From the NCBI GenBank assembly GCA_035482895.1, contig DATHQH010000061.1:96-64095 (forward strand): a DNA stretch of 64,000 bases, in the 5' to 3' direction. The notes beneath the pieces were generated by a model. It did not search any database. It saw only the letters and a list, made by a program, of their open reading frames with translations, and was not told where the DNA came from. The DNA is from Alloacidobacterium sp. (GTDB lineage: Bacteria > Acidobacteriota > Terriglobia > Terriglobales > Acidobacteriaceae). A program made the position numbers and the translations under genes. The stretch's first letter is position 1; every line of letters starts with the position of its first letter. Below, piece after piece: positions 23,479 to 33,122 of this stretch.

Positions 23479-24861
23479 ATGAAAAATCCGCTCAGCATCC
23501 TATTGTTATTGCCAGCTCTTTTTTCCCTCTACTATGTAGTTCGAGGATATACAGAGAAGGCATTTCTGCAGCTCTACCTTCCGGCTCTTTTAGGACTTCC
23601 ATTTTATTATGCATGTCGTCTGCCACACATGCCTCCCATTTCAGTGGCGGAAGCAATCCTGATTCCAATCGCTTTCGGAACGGTCATTCGATCATTTTCC
23701 AAATGGCGTTTTTGCCGTGTGGACTTATGGGTGGTCTTGTTCATGTGCAGTCTGGCAGCGAGTGAAGTCCTTCGCGAAAACATACTCAATGACGGAATCT
23801 TTGTTGTGCTCAGCGCTATCACGAGCATGCTATTTCCATATATAGTCGGGCGTTTGCTGATCGAACCTCAATTACGCCTCCAAACAGCAAAGCGGTTTGT
23901 CGTCATTTCATTATTCCTTACGTTGATTGGCCTGTATGAATTGAGGATGGGAATCAACCCATATTCGATCATCGCATCCAAGCTGTTTGGCTTCAGCCAC
24001 ATTGAATGGACACTTCAAATGAGGGGCGGTCGCGCACGAATCGCGACATCGTTCAGCGACGCCGAATTAGCAGGAATAGTTTTTACGATTGCGATAGCGT
24101 TGAATTGGTCGCTGATTCAAGTGAATAAGCTTGCTCATTGCAGATTGGACGAACCCCGTGGCTTCTTTGCAAAACTTCAAAGATGGCATCTTCCCGGCCT
24201 GATTCTTTTCGGCTTACTGCTCCTGACCCAGTCTCGAGGACCGTTGCTGGGTGCTGCACTGGCGTTTGCGATCATCCAAATTCCGAAGTTTAAAAACACA
24301 AGACGAGCCAGCATTGTTATGGCAGTTCTCTTAGTACTTGGTGGTCTGGCGGTTTATTCATATTTAGATCGCTATACTGCGTCATCGAACGATGGGGCGG
24401 CTAGTGAACAGCAAGCCAGCGCGGCATATCGACGTCTTCTACTGGAAAACTATAAGCCGATCGTTGAAGAAGGAGGATGGCTCGGGTGGAGCACGATCAG
24501 CCGTCCGCAAGTTCGAGGGCAGGAATCCGTCGATAATGAATTTCTGCTCGTTCAGCTCATTCAGGGCCGACTCGGTTTAATTTTATTTGTTCTGATCGGG
24601 GCGGATACAGTCTGGCGATTAATTCAATCTACATGGCGGTTCAGGAGGCGGGAAGATCTTTATTTCGCGTTTAGCCTACTAGCTGCAATGGGCGCCCTTT
24701 GGTTTACGATCACGACAGTTTATCTGGGTGAACAACTACCCCAAATCGCCTTTCTGTTGATTGGCTGGAGTCAGTCGCTCCATGAGACTCAAGATGGCCG
24801 AGCAGAGCATCTGTCAGCGCCTGAAATCGCGAGATTCAATTTTAAACGGGTGTTTGTTTAA
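23479..24861 (+). CDS. O-antigen polymerase/ligase-family membrane protein (Wzy-like)
   Basis: It is polytopic (~10-12 hydrophobic helices) with a Wzy_C-like segment LLLLTQSRGPLLGAALAFAI followed by a large loop. The locus context also includes Wzx, Wza and Wzc. Confidence 0.7.
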   Translation: MKNPLSILLLLPALFSLYYVVRGYTEKAFLQLYLPALLGLPFYYACRLPHMPPISVAEAILIPIAFGTVIRSFSKWRFCRVDLWVVLFMCSLAASEVLRENILNDGIFVVLSAITSMLFPYIVGRLLIEPQLRLQTAKRFVVISLFLTLIGLYELRMGINPYSIIASKLFGFSHIEWTLQMRGGRARIATSFSDAELAGIVFTIAIALNWSLIQVNKLAHCRLDEPRGFFAKLQRWHLPGLILFGLLLLTQSRGPLLGAALAFAIIQIPKFKNTRRASIVMAVLLVLGGLAVYSYLDRYTASSNDGAASEQQASAAYRRLLLENYKPIVEEGGWLGWSTISRPQVRGQESVDNEFLLVQLIQGRLGLILFVLIGADTVWRLIQSTWRFRRREDLYFAFSLLAAMGALWFTITTVYLGEQLPQIAFLLIGWSQSLHETQDGRAEHLSAPEIARFNFKRVFV

Positions 24862-24926
24862 CAGAGACAATCTCGCTCTTTAATCTGTAACAAGCCGATG
24901 TTCAATGACGTTTTATAAGGGAACTG

Positions 24927-26318
24927 ATGAGTACGAACGTTCTATCCGTTGAAGTTTCAGAGCAGAAAACGGACTTTCACAAGAATCTCGAACAGCGTGC
25001 GCTTAAGGGAACCAGCTATGTGGTCCTTGCCTACGGCCTCGCCACAGGACTCCGGTTAATCAGCAGCATGGTGCTAAGCCGTCTGTTCGCTCCGGCATAT
25101 TTTGGCCTGATGGCCCTGACCACAACGATCATCGTGGGCCTTTATCTCGTTTCGCACCTTGGACTCGAAGATGGCGTAATTCAGCATGCAAATGGAGAGC
25201 AATCCAATTTTCTCTTTACGGCCTGGACACTTCAGGTGATACGGGGTGCATTACTATTTCTTATTACGATTCCGCTCGCCTTCCCAGTTGCCGCTTTCTA
25301 TCACGAGCGACTTCTGATTTCTCTGCTCCCCATGCTTGGTTTTACCTGTATCGTTGGAGCCTTTTCATCACCATCATTATTATTGCTTGCTCGGCAGATG
25401 GGAGTCGCCAGAGTATCTTTTCTAGAGCTATTGACAGCACTTGTTCAGTTCGCAGTTACGGCAATCTGGGCTTTGATTCATGCCGATATTTGGGCGTTGG
25501 TAGGCGGTAAGTTAGTCTCAGAAATCGTACGAACAGCGGTGAGCTATTATATCGCTCCGACTACACGTCCCAGATTTATCCTGGAACCGGAAGCGTTTAG
25601 CTACTTAATCCGATTTGGCCGATGGATCCTGCTAAGTACTGGCTTAACTTTTTTTGCACTCCAATCGGATCGTTTGATATTGGGCAAGCTTATCTCGTGG
25701 CAGATGCTTGGCGTCTATGGCATCGCATATACATTGTCCGACGTGCCAAGGCAGGTTATTAGCCAGTTCTCCAGTCGTGTTGGCTACCCTTTTATTGCAA
25801 GATTTTCAGGCCTGCCACGCCCGGAGTTCCGCAGCGTACTGATGCGTTATCGTGGCTATGTTCTGGCGCTTGGTGCCCTGGCATTGACAGTTGTCATTAC
25901 CACAGGAGACAGGTTTATCTTTCATGTCTACGACAAGCGCTACCATCAGGCAGCCTGGATGGTCGTTATTCTTGGCTGTGGCCTGTGGCATACATTAATT
26001 AGCGCCACAATGACACCTGTGCTTTTATCGATACAAAAAGCCTATTATCACACCATCGCAATGGCTCTTTATTGCCTGACTCTATTCATCTGTCTGCCAC
26101 TTGGATTTCATTTATTTGGAATACTGGGTGCTGTTGTTGCAGTGGCCATCAGCGATTTTCCAGTATATGTTGTGAGCAGCTTTGCATTAGCCCGGGAAAA
26201 GATCTCACTAATCCGACAGGACATGCAACTGACGCTGCTATTCCTGGTTCTGCTTAGCATTGCATTGCTGCTGAGATATAGCGTCGGCTTGCCGACCCCT
26301 TTCCACGCTATACCATGA
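24927..26318 (+). CDS. Oligosaccharide flippase (Wzx / MOP superfamily polysaccharide biosynthesis protein)
   Basis: 463 aa with ~12-14 TM helices. The N-terminus is typical of the family (LKGTSYVVLAYGLATGLRLISSMVLSRLFAPAYFGL), and the gene sits in the EPS locus. Confidence 0.75.
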   Translation: MSTNVLSVEVSEQKTDFHKNLEQRALKGTSYVVLAYGLATGLRLISSMVLSRLFAPAYFGLMALTTTIIVGLYLVSHLGLEDGVIQHANGEQSNFLFTAWTLQVIRGALLFLITIPLAFPVAAFYHERLLISLLPMLGFTCIVGAFSSPSLLLLARQMGVARVSFLELLTALVQFAVTAIWALIHADIWALVGGKLVSEIVRTAVSYYIAPTTRPRFILEPEAFSYLIRFGRWILLSTGLTFFALQSDRLILGKLISWQMLGVYGIAYTLSDVPRQVISQFSSRVGYPFIARFSGLPRPEFRSVLMRYRGYVLALGALALTVVITTGDRFIFHVYDKRYHQAAWMVVILGCGLWHTLISATMTPVLLSIQKAYYHTIAMALYCLTLFICLPLGFHLFGILGAVVAVAISDFPVYVVSSFALAREKISLIRQDMQLTLLFLVLLSIALLLRYSVGLPTPFHAIP

Positions 26319-26528
26319 CGAATCCGCCTTCGAATTTAGTTGCAATAATTTCCTCGTTTTGCTCGCAATGACAGCTAGATAACACTTACAGTCGATCTGT
26401 TTTTAAATGGGCAGATTGTTTCGAGTATGCCTTTCCTCTCAAACTGCACAACGGGTTTATTCGTCGCTTCTAACACGATCGCCTGGATCACTGTCTCAGC
26501 CGAACGATAACTCATTGGAGATAAGTAA

Positions 26529-27683
26529 ATGAAAATCGTCTTTATTCTCCCACAGGAAGGGACTCAGCCTATTGGGGGATTCAAGGTGGTGTACGAATAC
26601 GCGAACCGTCTGGCGAAGCGAGGAAACCAAATACATATTCTTCACCTGGCTTCCGCGATGCCAAGGGGGGTACGTAGACGGCCCAGGGAAAAATTACGGG
26701 CGTTCCGGTACTTCCCATTTGCAATTAGAGGAAATTGGAAACCTGGCAAATGGTTTCAGTTAGATCCTGCGGTCAAGATTTCCTGGATACCATGGCTTTC
26801 TAAAATATTTATGCCTGAGGCTGATGCTTACATCGCGACCTGGTGGGCCACAGCTGAGCATTTGAATTCAATTCGCAACCTCTCCGGCAAACGATTTTAT
26901 TTCATCCAGGGCCTCGAGACATGGAGCGGTCCGCCAGAACAGGTTATGGCCACCTGGAAGATGCCGCTTGAGAAGATTGTCATTGCCAGATGGTTAGAAA
27001 AGATCGCTGCCGACATCGGAGAGCGAAGCCGTTACATCCCAAACGGTCTTGATTTTGCGAAGTTCGGATGTGACGTGCCACCCGAATTACGCGATGGAGA
27101 GCGTATTGCAATGCTATTTAACAGCCAATTTAAAAGAAAAGGATCAGCCGAAGGATTGGCAGCCGCATGCAAGCTGAAAGATAAATACCCAAATCTTAAG
27201 GCCGATTTTTTTGGTATTTATGAACGACCGGCGAAAATGCCTTCATGGATCACCTACCATCAAGATCCTGCTCAGATAGAACTACGGAGAATCTATAACA
27301 GCGCAGCGATTTTTCTTGCCCCAAGTTATAGCGAAGGCTGGGGCCTCACACCTTCGGAAGCAATGACATGCGGTGCAGCGGTGGTAGCGTCCGATATTGG
27401 AGGGCATCAGGAATTTTGTAAACAGAATGAAACAGCTATGCTTGTCCCTGCGCAGAGTTCCGACAAGCTCGCCGATGCGGCTAGTCTGTTAATCGATAAC
27501 CAGGCTCTTCGCATTCGATTAGCCAAGAACGGATGCGACAACATTCACAACTTCACTTGGAGTGCTTCAATAGACGCCTTCGAACGGGTCTTGCTAGGAG
27601 GCTCAGAAGATTCGCCAGAAGGTTACCCCTCAATACCGTCATCGAATAGATCAAATGCAGTTATGGCATCTACGCATCATTGA
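26529..27683 (+). CDS. Glycosyltransferase family 4 (GT-B fold)
   Basis: The C-terminal GT-B/EX7E region reads FLAPSYSEGWGLTPSEAMTCGAAVVASDIGGHQEF. Confidence 0.85.
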   Translation: MKIVFILPQEGTQPIGGFKVVYEYANRLAKRGNQIHILHLASAMPRGVRRRPREKLRAFRYFPFAIRGNWKPGKWFQLDPAVKISWIPWLSKIFMPEADAYIATWWATAEHLNSIRNLSGKRFYFIQGLETWSGPPEQVMATWKMPLEKIVIARWLEKIAADIGERSRYIPNGLDFAKFGCDVPPELRDGERIAMLFNSQFKRKGSAEGLAAACKLKDKYPNLKADFFGIYERPAKMPSWITYHQDPAQIELRRIYNSAAIFLAPSYSEGWGLTPSEAMTCGAAVVASDIGGHQEFCKQNETAMLVPAQSSDKLADAASLLIDNQALRIRLAKNGCDNIHNFTWSASIDAFERVLLGGSEDSPEGYPSIPSSNRSNAVMASTHH

Positions 27684-30600
27684 TTGGTAAAAGTCCAGTT
27701 AGATACTTGATGCGCAGCATCTACGGCCTTTCGTTCGCCAGTGAAGCCAGCATACGCCGCATTGCCGCCCACGGCAGCTGGTATATCCACGGGAAATTTT
27801 TGACTAGCAACTGTTCCAGTTTTTGTGTCTGTCAGTGCGAGCAATAAGGTTGAGCCATCATATGTCAGGCGTGCGTGAAATACATCGCCGCTCTCCAGCT
27901 TGATTCCACTTGTTCCCAGATTAAATATCAGGCTGGCTGGCTCGATCCCATTTATACATATACCCGCAATGCTGACACCCTTGCTCACCGTTTTATCTAA
28001 GGTAAACTTAACCGATACATTGCTGTTTACTTTACTGCCACGCTCATTCCCGAGTGCCCAAATACCTTTGCGGTCATTTTGGAGCGTGAATGTCAGTCCA
28101 TTTCCAGAGACGTCTGTCATCTTGAAGTCGAAATCGGTGCTGAACCGATTCACTGAAACCTTATTCGTATACCATGCGCTTCCTGCCTGCACTGATTTAC
28201 CATTGGCCAACTGAATAGTATTGCTATCAACGGAAGCTGCGCCGTTGGTAGACAGCATCGTAGAATTGATTCGAATTAGACTGGGCGAGTCAGCAGATGC
28301 GGTAGAAGGGCCAATCGTTCGTATGGCTGTAACTGAATCGTTGTCTGTATGCGCTATGACGGTTGCAATCGCTTCATTGGCCGTGCCATTTGTTGAGCCC
28401 GGCTGAGCTTTTGTGCGTGGGCCACCTACAAACTTAAAAGTTGTGGCCGCTGTAGCCGATGATGTAATTGCATTGGAAAAAGTCCAACTGAGGATCTCTT
28501 GAGTAGCAACAGAACCTCCCGTACTTCCCGTGAACCCTACGTAGGCTGAAGTACCACCAACTGCTTTTGGAATATCCACTATAAATGGTAGAGTGGCCAC
28601 TGCCCCGGTCCTCGTGTCAGTCAGGGTTATGGCTAAAGTTGTTCCGTCATATGTGACATGTGCTTGAAATACGTCGCCGCTGTGTAAATTGATGCCACTC
28701 GCACTGAGATTGCTTGCCGGGATTGTAGGCGTGACGCCATCTAAATATAGGCCTGCGGAATCAGACCCCTCGCCCGCGTTGTTATAAAGATCAAATTTCA
28801 GCCCAACACTGTTGTTGATGCCAGCATAGCCCAGCATATCACCGGCACCTCCCATGGCCCCTGTCCCACTTTTATCGCTTTGTATGGTAAAGGTAAAGCC
28901 GTCAGCGACTGCACTTAATAGCTGAAAAGTGAAGTCGGAACTAAAAGTGCCGATTGGGACTTTTGTCGAATACCAAGCGCTACCAGCCTGCATGGGGTTG
29001 CCCAAAGTAAGCCATAAACCGCCATTCTCAACAATCGATGAACCATTCATCACCAGCATATTCGACGTCATGCCATGCGGATAATCGGGAAGACCATTGG
29101 CGTTCCCAATTGCATATGCCGCGGCGGCTAGATCGCTGTTGGTCTCTCCTGAAACTACAGCGACCGCGCGAATTGTTTCATTGGACGAAACACTAATCGG
29201 ATTTTTATAGGCCGTCGAAGAATTCGTGGGTGTGCTGCCATCCGTCGTGTAGTAAATTTGTGCACCCTTCGTTGAGTCAGAAACCGTAACTTGCTGCATA
29301 TCTACATAGTTCCCGCCGGCAGGGCTGAACGTTGGCGTGGATACAATTTGAGGAGTCACTGTATTACTGAATGTCCAGGTCAAAATCTTCTGAGTAGAGA
29401 CAGCGCTGCCTGTACTGCCGGTAAACCCAACATATGCCGTGCTCCCACCCACGATAGCCGGTATATTAGCGCTGAATTGTCGAGTAGCGACTGCTCCCGT
29501 CTTGGTGTCAGTTAAAGTTAATGTTAAAGTATTTCCGTCATACACCACGTGTGCATGGAATACATCGCTGCTGTGTAAGTTGATATTGTTAGAGCTCAAG
29601 TCCATCGCAGGCATCGTAGGTGTTGCGCCGTCCAGATATGTGCCGGTAGAATCTTGCCCTTCACCGGCATTGTTATAAAGATCGAACTTTAGCGCAATGC
29701 TATTACCGATGCCGGCATAACCCAGGCCATCACGGTTTGCACCCAACGTAGTAGGACCACTCGCGGCATTCTGAATCGTAAAGGTGAACCCGTCCGCGAC
29801 AGCAGTCAAAATCTGAAAAGTAAAGTCTGAAGTGAAAGCGCTGATCGGAATCTTGGTTGTGTACCAAACGCTTCCGCTTTCATTCAACTGGCCATTCGTT
29901 AACTGAAGCGCCCCGTCTGATACTGCAGCTGTTCCATTAGTCTCGAGCATCGTCGAAGTAAATCCGGAAGGATAATTCGGCAATCCCGAGGAAGAGGAAC
30001 TTATCGTATACGTGGCCGCCGTGACATTGCTATTGGCATATCCACTCAGTATTGCGATGGCCTCTAATGTCTCACTCGATGAAATAGTAATCGGACCAGT
30101 ATATTTCTGCGAAGAGCTTGTGGGCATTTCACCATTTGTCGTGTAGTAGATAGTTGCCCCGCTGGTCGAATCGGCAATGGTGGCCGTCACAGGCTGGGAG
30201 TAACTTCCACCGGCAGGTGATATGGAAGGTGCTGCAACTTGCGTACTCTGCGGAGATCCGGTTGCCACATAGTCGAGCGCCGTAACGGAATGGGGCGGTA
30301 GAGTTAAAGAATTAGGACTGGAAAGCGTCGTAGTCGTCAAAACGACCTTGGCCTTCGTGGTGTTTGTTACAGTTCCCGTTGGGCTTTCGTTCATGTCATC
30401 CAAACCAGCGGGAGCAAATTGGCGCTGGGTTACTGTTCCTGAAGGCACATTCGTGCCCGAGAAGGCAAGTGTGCGACTATTCGTCAGATCTGTATTGATC
30501 AGGATCAGTGACCGATTATTGCCACTCTGAAAGCAGAACGCATAAAGATAGGGAACATTATTTAACTTGGGAACTCCCGGAGGCACAACTGCCCCATTTG

Positions 30601-32809
30601 CACTGCTCCCCGCAAAGTTATATGTGATGTTATTCGAGATCGGGCACGCATACATTGGACCGATTAGTGACCTATTCATCAGTGACAGGGCAAGAAACTG
30701 GGGACGTACATTGTTTGTCGCTCCCCCCATATCTACAGTATTTCCCCATAACTTGACGGTTCTTCCATCCTGGCCACTGTTATCGAATCCCGCTAGAGCA
30801 AAATAGGCGTTGTTCAGGATGCCATAATATTGAAGATTCAGCAGCGGTTCCAGCGTTGCTACTACGCCTTCCCCTGCTCCAGCATTGATGTAGTCCATGT
30901 GTGTTTGATCAACGCTGCCATTTACGGTTCCTTGTCCCCACTCATAGATATTGACATTGCAGGCTGCCGCGCCAGATGCGCCACAAGCTTTCTGCCCCTG
31001 ATAATCATTAACGGATGTATAAAAATTGGATGGATCGTCGGGATCGATTACTTTGTCATATGGCTCAACCATAGTTGGACCCCAAAGCGCGGCATCGCTC
31101 GACGAGTCATTGACATTTCCATAAGTATAAGCTGCAATTTCAATAGAATCCGGATGAGCTCTGGCTATCTCACCATCCATTTCCCAGTTCACCGCAGTCT
31201 GAGCATTCATGACAAGATCAAATGCAGTTGAAGAATAGGAGCTACTCGTGCGCATCGCAGCAAATATATCTCTTGCCCGCACACTATAGTCATAGAGAAA
31301 TTCGTTTGCAGGTTCGTTGCTCCGCCACGGTAGGCTCTGCCCCGGAAATGTCCCTCCATTCCAGCACTCATTACAGTACGACAAATGGATCTGACTGAAG
31401 ACGCTGGTCCACGGATTTACCTGACCGAGAGCAGCCCGCCGCGCACCATACGTTGTGGATGAGGAACCGCCCAGAAACTCTATCAGTGAAGCGGCGTCTT
31501 TTGTGGAGAAAGTTACGGGAACTTCCAGGTAAGGTTCAGCGTGCAGCAGCTGGCAAATTTCTAAGTAATCTTCGAGCGAAAGCTGAAGAGAGCCACTCGC
31601 GCCAAGACCATCAAAGTACAGTGTTCCGCTTACCGAGGGCTTACGGTTATAGTCCGGCTGCGTCCAGTTATCGATTGTCTCGGCATTCTGATCGAGCCAG
31701 TTACGAAGCATTCCTCCATTTCCGCCGGATGACGTATTGTAGTAAGTCTGCAGTGCGCTGATGACTTCATCGCGGAAAACTGTAGTGTTGGTGGAACTGC
31801 CACCTGTTTTCTCGAAATCTAGATTGTCCAGATCTACGGCTCCACCGCTAACCGAAAAATTGAGCGTGGCTGTTCCTGGCGTCGTGCTGGCCTGGGTTTC
31901 TGAAGCCTTACAACTATATGTATATTGTGTCCACGTAGAACTCAGTGCGGGCGTAAATGAACCACACGAGAATCCCCCCGGAGAAAGGCGCGAAGCGCTT
32001 ACGGAAAGTACTGGCGAGCCAGAGGCCGCTTTCGCCCAAAAGGATATCTGATAGGTTCCGTTCATCAGAACGAAAAGATTCTGCGTACTTGCAGAATCAT
32101 AAAATTCGTTGACTGTGGCTGACGAGCCATTGGCCGTCGCGTTCATCTGCAGTGCCTGCGTGCCGCATGTGGAACAAAGATCGGTGGTGTCGGAAAGTAG
32201 CTTTCCCCCGCCGGACACAGACCCCCATATCCCAGCCTGACCGCCTTCCCACCAGGATTCGGGTGTCGGCGTCGTGGTCTTACTAAAAATGACAATATCG
32301 CCAATATTGAACGGCGCGGCGCACGACGTTGCCATCGTGAATTGAGGGTTTATATTGTTCTCATTCGGGTAATTGGGGCCAGTATTGGAAGCGATCGTGC
32401 CGGTGCACCCAAGCTCGGCTCCATTCGATTGTGAAGCAATTACAGTAAACGTCCCACCTGTCCAATAGTTTGCCGGTACTGGATCGTATTCATCAGGATC
32501 GGTAAATGTTGTTTTGGTTCCGGCCGCTGTCAGCCCCCAAATCTGTTGACTGATTGTCGGTTCAAATCCTGGGTTCAACGAACCAACCAGGTTTTTCAGT
32601 AATTGCCCCGTATCGTAATAATTGATCGAGCCAAGATTGATCCCAGCGCGCTTTGTTGTCTGCTGAATGATCTTGGAATCATTTAGCTGCACAGTTGGCG
32701 TGGATGAAGTCTGGCCAAATCCCACTCCGGAACTGACAGGAAATCCTGCCACGAAGGAAAGAAACATGGCAAATATAGAAAATCGAAGCATTTTATAAAT
32801 AAAGGGCAT
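27677..32809 (-). CDS. Secreted 1710-aa multidomain glycan-binding protein: CBM-like + clan GH-A-like region, then three L-type (legume-like) lectin domains, the first two each preceded by a CHB_HEX_C-like domain
   Basis: The signal peptide is MLRFSIFAMFLSFVAG. Candidate acid/base and nucleophile motifs are LSYCNECWNG and NIYEWGQGT. Two domains read PAGG(S/N)Y...IYYTT(N/D)G..P...S..Y..PI..S. The three lectin-like domains carry legume-lectin motifs: ADGFTFTIQ, (A/G)LKFDLYNN, H(V/T)xYDG.TL...LTDT and YVGFTGSTG. Confidence 0.8.
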   Translation of the reverse strand: MPFIYKMLRFSIFAMFLSFVAGFPVSSGVGFGQTSSTPTVQLNDSKIIQQTTKRAGINLGSINYYDTGQLLKNLVGSLNPGFEPTISQQIWGLTAAGTKTTFTDPDEYDPVPANYWTGGTFTVIASQSNGAELGCTGTIASNTGPNYPNENNINPQFTMATSCAAPFNIGDIVIFSKTTTPTPESWWEGGQAGIWGSVSGGGKLLSDTTDLCSTCGTQALQMNATANGSSATVNEFYDSASTQNLFVLMNGTYQISFWAKAASGSPVLSVSASRLSPGGFSCGSFTPALSSTWTQYTYSCKASETQASTTPGTATLNFSVSGGAVDLDNLDFEKTGGSSTNTTVFRDEVISALQTYYNTSSGGNGGMLRNWLDQNAETIDNWTQPDYNRKPSVSGTLYFDGLGASGSLQLSLEDYLEICQLLHAEPYLEVPVTFSTKDAASLIEFLGGSSSTTYGARRAALGQVNPWTSVFSQIHLSYCNECWNGGTFPGQSLPWRSNEPANEFLYDYSVRARDIFAAMRTSSSYSSTAFDLVMNAQTAVNWEMDGEIARAHPDSIEIAAYTYGNVNDSSSDAALWGPTMVEPYDKVIDPDDPSNFYTSVNDYQGQKACGASGAAACNVNIYEWGQGTVNGSVDQTHMDYINAGAGEGVVATLEPLLNLQYYGILNNAYFALAGFDNSGQDGRTVKLWGNTVDMGGATNNVRPQFLALSLMNRSLIGPMYACPISNNITYNFAGSSANGAVVPPGVPKLNNVPYLYAFCFQSGNNRSLILINTDLTNSRTLAFSGTNVPSGTVTQRQFAPAGLDDMNESPTGTVTNTTKAKVVLTTTTLSSPNSLTLPPHSVTALDYVATGSPQSTQVAAPSISPAGGSYSQPVTATIADSTSGATIYYTTNGEMPTSSSQKYTGPITISSSETLEAIAILSGYANSNVTAATYTISSSSSGLPNYPSGFTSTMLETNGTAAVSDGALQLTNGQLNESGSVWYTTKIPISAFTSDFTFQILTAVADGFTFTIQNAASGPTTLGANRDGLGYAGIGNSIALKFDLYNNAGEGQDSTGTYLDGATPTMPAMDLSSNNINLHSSDVFHAHVVYDGNTLTLTLTDTKTGAVATRQFSANIPAIVGGSTAYVGFTGSTGSAVSTQKILTWTFSNTVTPQIVSTPTFSPAGGNYVDMQQVTVSDSTKGAQIYYTTDGSTPTNSSTAYKNPISVSSNETIRAVAVVSGETNSDLAAAAYAIGNANGLPDYPHGMTSNMLVMNGSSIVENGGLWLTLGNPMQAGSAWYSTKVPIGTFSSDFTFQLLSAVADGFTFTIQSDKSGTGAMGGAGDMLGYAGINNSVGLKFDLYNNAGEGSDSAGLYLDGVTPTIPASNLSASGINLHSGDVFQAHVTYDGTTLAITLTDTRTGAVATLPFIVDIPKAVGGTSAYVGFTGSTGGSVATQEILSWTFSNAITSSATAATTFKFVGGPRTKAQPGSTNGTANEAIATVIAHTDNDSVTAIRTIGPSTASADSPSLIRINSTMLSTNGAASVDSNTIQLANGKSVQAGSAWYTNKVSVNRFSTDFDFKMTDVSGNGLTFTLQNDRKGIWALGNERGSKVNSNVSVKFTLDKTVSKGVSIAGICINGIEPASLIFNLGTSGIKLESGDVFHARLTYDGSTLLLALTDTKTGTVASQKFPVDIPAAVGGNAAYAGFTGERKAVDAAHQVSNWTFTNQ
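27680..30235 (-). repeat. Intragenic tandem coding repeats: two ~295-aa units (CHB_HEX_C-like + lectin) at ~29350..30235 and ~28465..29345, plus a third diverged lectin domain at ~27680..28290
   Basis: The ADGFTFTIQ codons recur at ~29777-29800 and ~28886-28909, a period of ~890 nt. The diverged NGLTFTLQ copy lies at ~28085-28110. Units 1 and 2 share long identical peptide stretches such as KFDLYNNAGEG and AYVGFTGSTG. Confidence 0.8.
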
Positions 32810-33122
32810 ACGGACACTTCTTTCGAAAGTAGTGCAAGGGGGATCTTTGCTTCATTACTAACTTTTGTTTTTATAGTAAAGATACTCAGCAGCCGGTTAT
32901 ATTGCGCAGCAGTACGAGCGATTAGGAGCAGGAAGGAGAGTGATCGCCCGGACTTAAACGATTAAGAGGCTAAAACTGTACTTCTCAGGCTTGTTACGCC
33001 TGATTATAGCGTTGGGATTCTTATAAAATAAAACTAGTTAAGGACCGTCCATTGGTCCAGGAACTTTCGTCACAGACGGGTTCTTCATAACCGCGCGCAA
33101 GAGTAAATAATTCCCTAACTGC

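Noticed and set aside
27680-30235. Possibility that the ~890-nt periodic repeats are a CRISPR array or non-coding satellite
   Set aside because: The repeats are in frame inside one long ORF, diverged at synonymous and non-synonymous sites, and encode recognisable lectin and CHB_HEX_C-like domains. No short direct repeat/spacer architecture occurs anywhere in the window.
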